DNA from: Candidatus Onthousia excrementipullorum
Lineage (GTDB): Bacteria > Bacillota_I > Bacilli_A > RF39 > UBA660
Direction of reading: 5' to 3'
Assembly: GCA_018712385.1 (NCBI GenBank)
Contig: DVHC01000003.1
Coordinates: 1-54,201, forward strand
Length of the DNA stretch: 54,201 nt
Made by a program: the position numbers and the translations under genes. The notes beneath the pieces were generated by a model. It made no database searches. It saw only the letters and a list, made by a program, of their open reading frames with translations, and was not told the DNA's origin. This document shows, piece by piece, positions 49,660 to 54,201 of this stretch (its first letter is position 1; each line of letters starts with the position of its first letter).

Positions 49660-50337
49660 ATGGAAGAGAAGTTTAAAAAACTATATAAGGAATATGATAA
49701 ACTACAAAAGAAATATGGTGATAAGACATTAGATTCTATCTATAATGGAGGAGAATCTAATAATCCAGATATTCTCTTTGTTTTTATGAATCCAACTGGC
49801 AAGAATATTGCTAGTCCTAAAACCTGGAAAGGCTTAAAGGCTCCTTGGCTTGGTACTAAAAACATTTGGAAGTTATTTACTGCTATCAACCTCTTTGATA
49901 AAAATCTATTAGATGAAATAAACAAAAAGAAGCCTAAAGACTGGGACTATGACTTTGCAAATAAAGTCTATGATGAGGTAAAAAGAAATAATTACTTCAT
50001 AACAAACTTAGGCAAGTGTACACAGATAGATGCAAGACCTCTAAAAGATGAAGTGTTAAAAAGTTATCTTGGACTCTTAGAACAAGAAATAGATGTAGTT
50101 AAACCTAAAATAATAATTACCTTTGGTAATCAAGTCTCATCAATTATTTTAAATAAGAAAATATCAGTAGGAGAGTGCCGTAAACAATACTTTGAAAAAG
50201 AAATAGGTAGGAAGACCTATAAAGTATTTCCAGTCTATTATCCAGTTGGTAATGGGACATTTAATATTGACAAAGCAATAGAAGACTTAAAATATATTAT
50301 AGATAATTATGTTAAAGATACTGTTAAAACAAAATAG
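49660..50337 (+). CDS. Uracil-DNA glycosylase-like superfamily protein
   Basis: ILFVFMNP, FITNLGKC, EIDVVKPKIIITFG, YYP. Confidence 0.7.
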   Translation: MEEKFKKLYKEYDKLQKKYGDKTLDSIYNGGESNNPDILFVFMNPTGKNIASPKTWKGLKAPWLGTKNIWKLFTAINLFDKNLLDEINKKKPKDWDYDFANKVYDEVKRNNYFITNLGKCTQIDARPLKDEVLKSYLGLLEQEIDVVKPKIIITFGNQVSSIILNKKISVGECRKQYFEKEIGRKTYKVFPVYYPVGNGTFNIDKAIEDLKYIIDNYVKDTVKTK

Positions 50338-50349
50338 TATCTTTTTATA

Positions 50350-50389
50350 TTGACAAACATATAATAACTGTATATACTGTATATATACA
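50350..50389 (+). promoter_or_regulatory. Sigma-A promoter with overlapping YtrA/GntR-type operator
   Basis: TTGACA-N17-TATACT; palindrome TGTATATA-N5-TATATACA at 50369-50389. Confidence 0.8.
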
Positions 50390-50402
50390 AAGAGGTGATT
50401 AA

Positions 50403-50783
50403 ATGCAGATAATTATCAGTAATAGTAGTGATACTCCTATATACCAACAAATAGTTGATAATATTAAAAGAGAAATACTTAATGGCAACTTAGTAGGAGG
50501 AGAGGCCTTACCTTCTATTAGAACCCTTGCCAAAGACTTAAGAATAAGTAATATTACCACGAAAAGAGCTTATGAAGAATTAGAAAAAGATGGTTTTATT
50601 GAAGCGGTCGCTACTAAAGGATACTTTGTTAAAAATAAAAGTGAAAACTATTTAAAAGAAGAAATACTAAAGAAAATAGAAGAAAACTTAGAAGCAGCTT
50701 TAACTATCGCTGATACTTATCATATAAGTTATGAAGAAGTCTTAGAGATACTTAAGGCTTTACGGGAGGATAATAATGGATAA
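50403..50783 (+). CDS. GntR (YtrA subfamily) regulator
   Basis: PIYQQI, LPSIR.LA, TTKRAYEELE, KGYFV. Confidence 0.92.
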   Translation: MQIIISNSSDTPIYQQIVDNIKREILNGNLVGGEALPSIRTLAKDLRISNITTKRAYEELEKDGFIEAVATKGYFVKNKSENYLKEEILKKIEENLEAALTIADTYHISYEEVLEILKALREDNNG

Positions 50784-51624
50784 TATAATTAAAGTTAATA
50801 ATTTAACTAAAACTTATGAAAATTTTAAACTAGATAATATTACTCTTGAGATGAAAAAAGGTAGTATCATTGGTCTAATAGGAGAAAATGGAGCGGGTAA
50901 GACAACTTTAATTAAACTGCTATTAGGCCTAATTAGAAAAGATAAAGGAGATATCTTAATATTTAATCAGAAACTAAATAATAAAGTAAAAGAAGATATT
51001 GGTATTGTTTTAGATGACTCATTTTTCCCAGAGGTTATTAAAGTAAAAGATATTAACTATATTATGAAAAATATTTATAAATCTTGGGATGAACAGTTAT
51101 TTTTTAAATATCTAAAAGACTTTTCCTTAAATGAAAATATGTTAATAAAAAACTTATCTAAAGGTATGAAGAAAAAGTTAGAAATAATCACCGCTCTAGC
51201 ACATCATCCTAAACTCCTAATCTTAGATGAACCAACTAGTGGATTAGACCCTATTGTTAGAAAAGAAATATTAGATATCTTTCTAGATTTTATCGAAAAT
51301 GGAGAAAATAGTATTTTGTTTTCATCTCATATAACTAGTGATATTGAATCTATCGCTGATTATATAGTCTTTATAGATAATGGTAAATTAGTCTTTGATA
51401 AAGAAAAAGATGATATCTTAGATAATTATGGTATTGTTAAATGTAGTGATAATGATTTTAAGAAAATATCTAAAGATAATATAATATCTTACCTAAAAAA
51501 TAAATATAACTATGAAGTATTAGTTAATGATAGAAAAAAGGTTAAGAAAAATAATGATGACATAGTAATTGATAAAGCCACTTTAGAAGATATTATGTTA
51601 TTAATAGTGAAAGGAGAAAAATAA
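50776..51624 (+). CDS. ABC transporter ATP-binding protein
   Basis: GENGAGKTT, LSKGM, LDEPTSGLD. Confidence 0.93.
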   Translation: MDNIIKVNNLTKTYENFKLDNITLEMKKGSIIGLIGENGAGKTTLIKLLLGLIRKDKGDILIFNQKLNNKVKEDIGIVLDDSFFPEVIKVKDINYIMKNIYKSWDEQLFFKYLKDFSLNENMLIKNLSKGMKKKLEIITALAHHPKLLILDEPTSGLDPIVRKEILDIFLDFIENGENSILFSSHITSDIESIADYIVFIDNGKLVFDKEKDDILDNYGIVKCSDNDFKKISKDNIISYLKNKYNYEVLVNDRKKVKKNNDDIVIDKATLEDIMLLIVKGEK

Positions 51625-52277
51625 TGAAAGGTTTAATTATTAAAGATTTATGTGTTTTAAAAAATCAAATGAAAACATTATTATTAGTACTAGCTTTCTT
51701 CGTTATATTTTCAATTATTAATGAAGATGATTCTTTTATTCTTTTCTTAGTACCATTTTATATGATAATGATTCTTATAACTACTTTTAATTATGATGAA
51801 TTTAATAAATGGGATTCTTATTGTAACAGTCTGCCACTTAGTAGAAAAGAAATAGTTAAATCTAAATATATCTTATTTAATGCTACATCACTTATTGTTT
51901 TAATAGTAGGCATACTAGCATCTTTCATAATTCCCAACTTTATAGAAAATACTACTTTTGAATCTCTTTTTGCAAGTATAATAGGAGTTGCCTTTGGAAT
52001 ATGTTTAGTAATATCCTTATTAATTCCCTTTTATTACAAATTTGGTGCGAATAAGGGAAGAATAATGCTTTTCCTTTGCATAGTCATACTTGCTTTAATA
52101 ATAGGAATGATTACCAGTTTAGATATCTTTAACAATATAGAATTAATGCATCTATTAAATAGCTTAAATAACTTAAGCCTAAGTATGATTACTTTGCTAT
52201 TAATAATTTTAACAATCATAGTAATGTCTATATCTTATTACATCTCAGTTAGAATATATAAAAATAAAGAACTATAA
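51624..52277 (+). CDS. ABC-2 type permease
   Basis: MKGLIIKD, LPLSRKEIVKSKY; about six TMs. Confidence 0.88.
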   Translation: MKGLIIKDLCVLKNQMKTLLLVLAFFVIFSIINEDDSFILFLVPFYMIMILITTFNYDEFNKWDSYCNSLPLSRKEIVKSKYILFNATSLIVLIVGILASFIIPNFIENTTFESLFASIIGVAFGICLVISLLIPFYYKFGANKGRIMLFLCIVILALIIGMITSLDIFNNIELMHLLNSLNNLSLSMITLLLIILTIIVMSISYYISVRIYKNKEL

Positions 52278-52304
52278 TAAAAAGGAAGTCTATCTCTAGA
52301 TTTC
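52273..52304 (+). repeat. 32-bp perfect direct repeat (terminator-like), copy 1
   Basis: TATAATAAAAAGGAAGTCTATCTCTAGATTTC, identical to 52676-52707. Confidence 0.92.
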
Positions 52305-52364
52305 TTTTTATTATATTAAAATTACTACTTAGGGTGTTGCAGTACCACATCCTGACAAAATAGT

Positions 52365-52652
52365 TTAATACTTTCTCTTTGATTTCCTACTGCCTGTTAC
52401 TTTATCTAAACGATTTGGTATGTTTTCGTGAGCATTGTCATCTTTTAATAATAAATATGTATCAATATTAAGAGCTTCTGCTAACATATCTAATTTTTCT
52501 AAACTTGGAGAGAAGATTCCTCTTTCTAAATCAGATATATATTTATCAGTTAAATCAGACTTTACAGCTAAATCTTCCTGTGTCATTTTATTTTTAATTC
52601 TATAGTATCTTAGATTAATTCTAAATATATCTCTTATATCTTTTCTTGTCAT
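52365..52652 (-). CDS. XRE-family HTH regulator
   Basis: NLRYYR...MTQEDLA...YISDLERG..SPSL. Confidence 0.88.
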   Translation of the reverse strand: MTRKDIRDIFRINLRYYRIKNKMTQEDLAVKSDLTDKYISDLERGIFSPSLEKLDMLAEALNIDTYLLLKDDNAHENIPNRLDKVTGSRKSKRKY

Positions 52653-52675
52653 TATTTAGTCCTCCATAACAATTA

Positions 52676-52707
52676 TATAATAAAAAGGAAGTCTATCTCT
52701 AGATTTC
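52676..52707 (+). repeat. 32-bp perfect direct repeat, copy 2 (downstream of tRNA-Cys)
   Basis: Identical to 52273-52304. Confidence 0.92.
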
Positions 52708-52721
52708 CTTTAATTTCTAAT

Positions 52722-52795
52722 TGGAGGGCCTAGTCGGATTTGAACCAACGATCAGGGAGTTGCAGTCCCACGCCTTACCACTTGGCTATAGACCC
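52722..52795 (-). tRNA. tRNA-Cys (GCA)
   Basis: Acceptor stem GGGTCTA/TAGGCCC, anticodon loop CT-GCA-AC, T-loop GTTCAAATC, U73 discriminator, encoded CCA. Confidence 0.96.
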
Positions 52796-52898
52796 ATCTA
52801 ATACATTATATGTATCAAATGCAAATATATTCTCTCATATATCTTTCCATTTGTCAAATACTAAGTTAAATTGTATAATGATAATAAGGAGGGATAAT

Positions 52899-53954
52899 AT
52901 GACACCCTATGGATATGATAAACCATTAGAAGCATTTGGTAAACCTTTTGTTCCAGATGTAAAACCAGGTAAAAAGTTTATTAAAAGAGTAGAGAAAGAT
53001 TTACCATTAGACTCTAATAATCTTTCTATTGCCTTAAAACTTTATAATAACTTAAATGAAGTAGTAGAATTCTCAGAAAAGTTTGAAGCTTTTGGACAAG
53101 ATTTAAGTTTAGACTTTTTAAAAAGAATTTATGAAAAGCCTATAAATAGTATTAATTTAACAGATAATCAAGTAACATGTAAAAACTGGGCCGAACTTTA
53201 TGCTTTCTTCTTAACTAAGCATAATATTCCTTGTGTAGTTAATATTAGTGGAGTTCATTATAGCATTTATCTTAAAGAAGAAGGATATATTTTTAATGCT
53301 GATGCTACTATAATAAATAAAGATAAAAACGATAACTATAAAATGGATGATTTAACAAGAAGTAAGTTAGGACTAAGACCAAGTGGTTTTAATGCTTTAA
53401 TTAGTGATGAGGAATTAGGTGCTAAGAAAGTTAATGTTTATGATTTAGGCCTTAATCTAGACAAATCAACAGAAATAGATTATGTTAATTTTGAAGATAG
53501 AACTAATGCAATTATTAAAAATCTTACTAATTGTAAAACATTTGAAATACGTAATATACCAGAAATAACAGATGAGGTTACAGATAACTTTTCTTTAATT
53601 AATAATTTATTACTAGAAGAAGATTTAGGTAGTGTTTCTGCTATTGCTTATATAAATACCTTAATAAAAGTATTATTTTCTAAGGAACAACAGCAACATC
53701 TAGCTTATGTTCAAGTAAAAGATAAGGGTAAATCTAAAGAAGAAAAATATACTGAAATAATTAATTATAATCCTAAAGAAGATAGAAAACATAGACACGA
53801 TTATACAATGGGTATTCCTAATCTAGAAGGATATAACTTTATCTATAGAGATGGTTCCTTAGAATATTTAACTAAAAGAAAAACTCGTCAAGTTATAGAA
53901 ACATCTATGAATATAGATATGGATATCCTTAGTAATAAAGGAGGAAGCCTATGA
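52899..53954 (+). CDS. Orphan protein with putative Cys-His-Asp (transglutaminase-like) triad
   Basis: ATG 52899 after AAGGAGG and TTGTCA-N17-TATAAT; VTCKNWAELY...GVHYSI...NADAT. Confidence 0.65.
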   Translation: MTPYGYDKPLEAFGKPFVPDVKPGKKFIKRVEKDLPLDSNNLSIALKLYNNLNEVVEFSEKFEAFGQDLSLDFLKRIYEKPINSINLTDNQVTCKNWAELYAFFLTKHNIPCVVNISGVHYSIYLKEEGYIFNADATIINKDKNDNYKMDDLTRSKLGLRPSGFNALISDEELGAKKVNVYDLGLNLDKSTEIDYVNFEDRTNAIIKNLTNCKTFEIRNIPEITDEVTDNFSLINNLLLEEDLGSVSAIAYINTLIKVLFSKEQQQHLAYVQVKDKGKSKEEKYTEIINYNPKEDRKHRHDYTMGIPNLEGYNFIYRDGSLEYLTKRKTRQVIETSMNIDMDILSNKGGSL

Positions 53955-54201
53955 ATTATTTAAGAGAATTAGTAACAAAAAAAGTAAAGATGTTAGAAAC
54001 TGCAAATACTATAGAAGAGTTAGAAGACTTAAAGAAATACAGATTAATAGAAGAACTATTAAAAGATGATGCTTGTTTCTTTAAAATTAATAGTTCTATT
54101 GCATATTCTATATTAATAGAATTAGGTATAGATAATCCTTTAGATTACTATAAAAAATTAATTAGTTATAAAGAATACATTAAAAATAAAGAAAACTTTA
54201 A
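53951..54201 (+). CDS. Hypothetical protein, truncated by the window end
   Basis: ATG overlaps the upstream stop (ATGA), GGAGG RBS, frame open to the window end. Confidence 0.65.
   Translation, partial: MNYLRELVTKKVKMLETANTIEELEDLKKYRLIEELLKDDACFFKINSSIAYSILIELGIDNPLDYYKKLISYKEYIKNKENF

Noticed and set aside
52740-52898. N-terminal extension of ORF 52740-53954
   Set aside because: Overlaps tRNA-Cys on the opposite strand; the promoter and RBS support ATG 52899.

Overview
Chromosomal window from a very AT-rich Firmicute (Bacilli-like: PolC, LtaS, sortase, MurF/Ddl; standard code with TGA as stop). It is most reminiscent of uncultured gut RF39-type Bacilli, which is inference. Housekeeping genes (ffh, rpoZ, recX, prsA, sufCDSUB, pdp, ltaS, rluB, polC, murF-ddl, pflBA, tRNA-Cys) are interspersed with single accessory genes, an intact single-ORF IS66-family element with 8-bp target duplication, an MqsR/HTH-Panacea toxin-antitoxin pair and several sporulation genes (CotD-like, two unannotated YjcZ/SscA-like peptides, a collagen-like protein plus glycosyltransferase, with SigK-type promoter matches). 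The most striking unexplained structure is the dinD (Bro-N) locus at 24870-26162. A codon-symmetric palindrome encodes residues F66-K71 of the protein. Three further extragenic copies flank the gene, all readable as variant in-frame fragments of the same protein segment; one has a flipped centre and one has a compensatory base pair. Two of the copies lie within a 76-bp direct repeat that brackets the gene. Other unexplained features are two 23-bp-period tandem arrays, a decayed tRNA-Cys att-like duplication around an XRE gene, a frameshifted J-domain gene and a set of orphan enzyme-like proteins.
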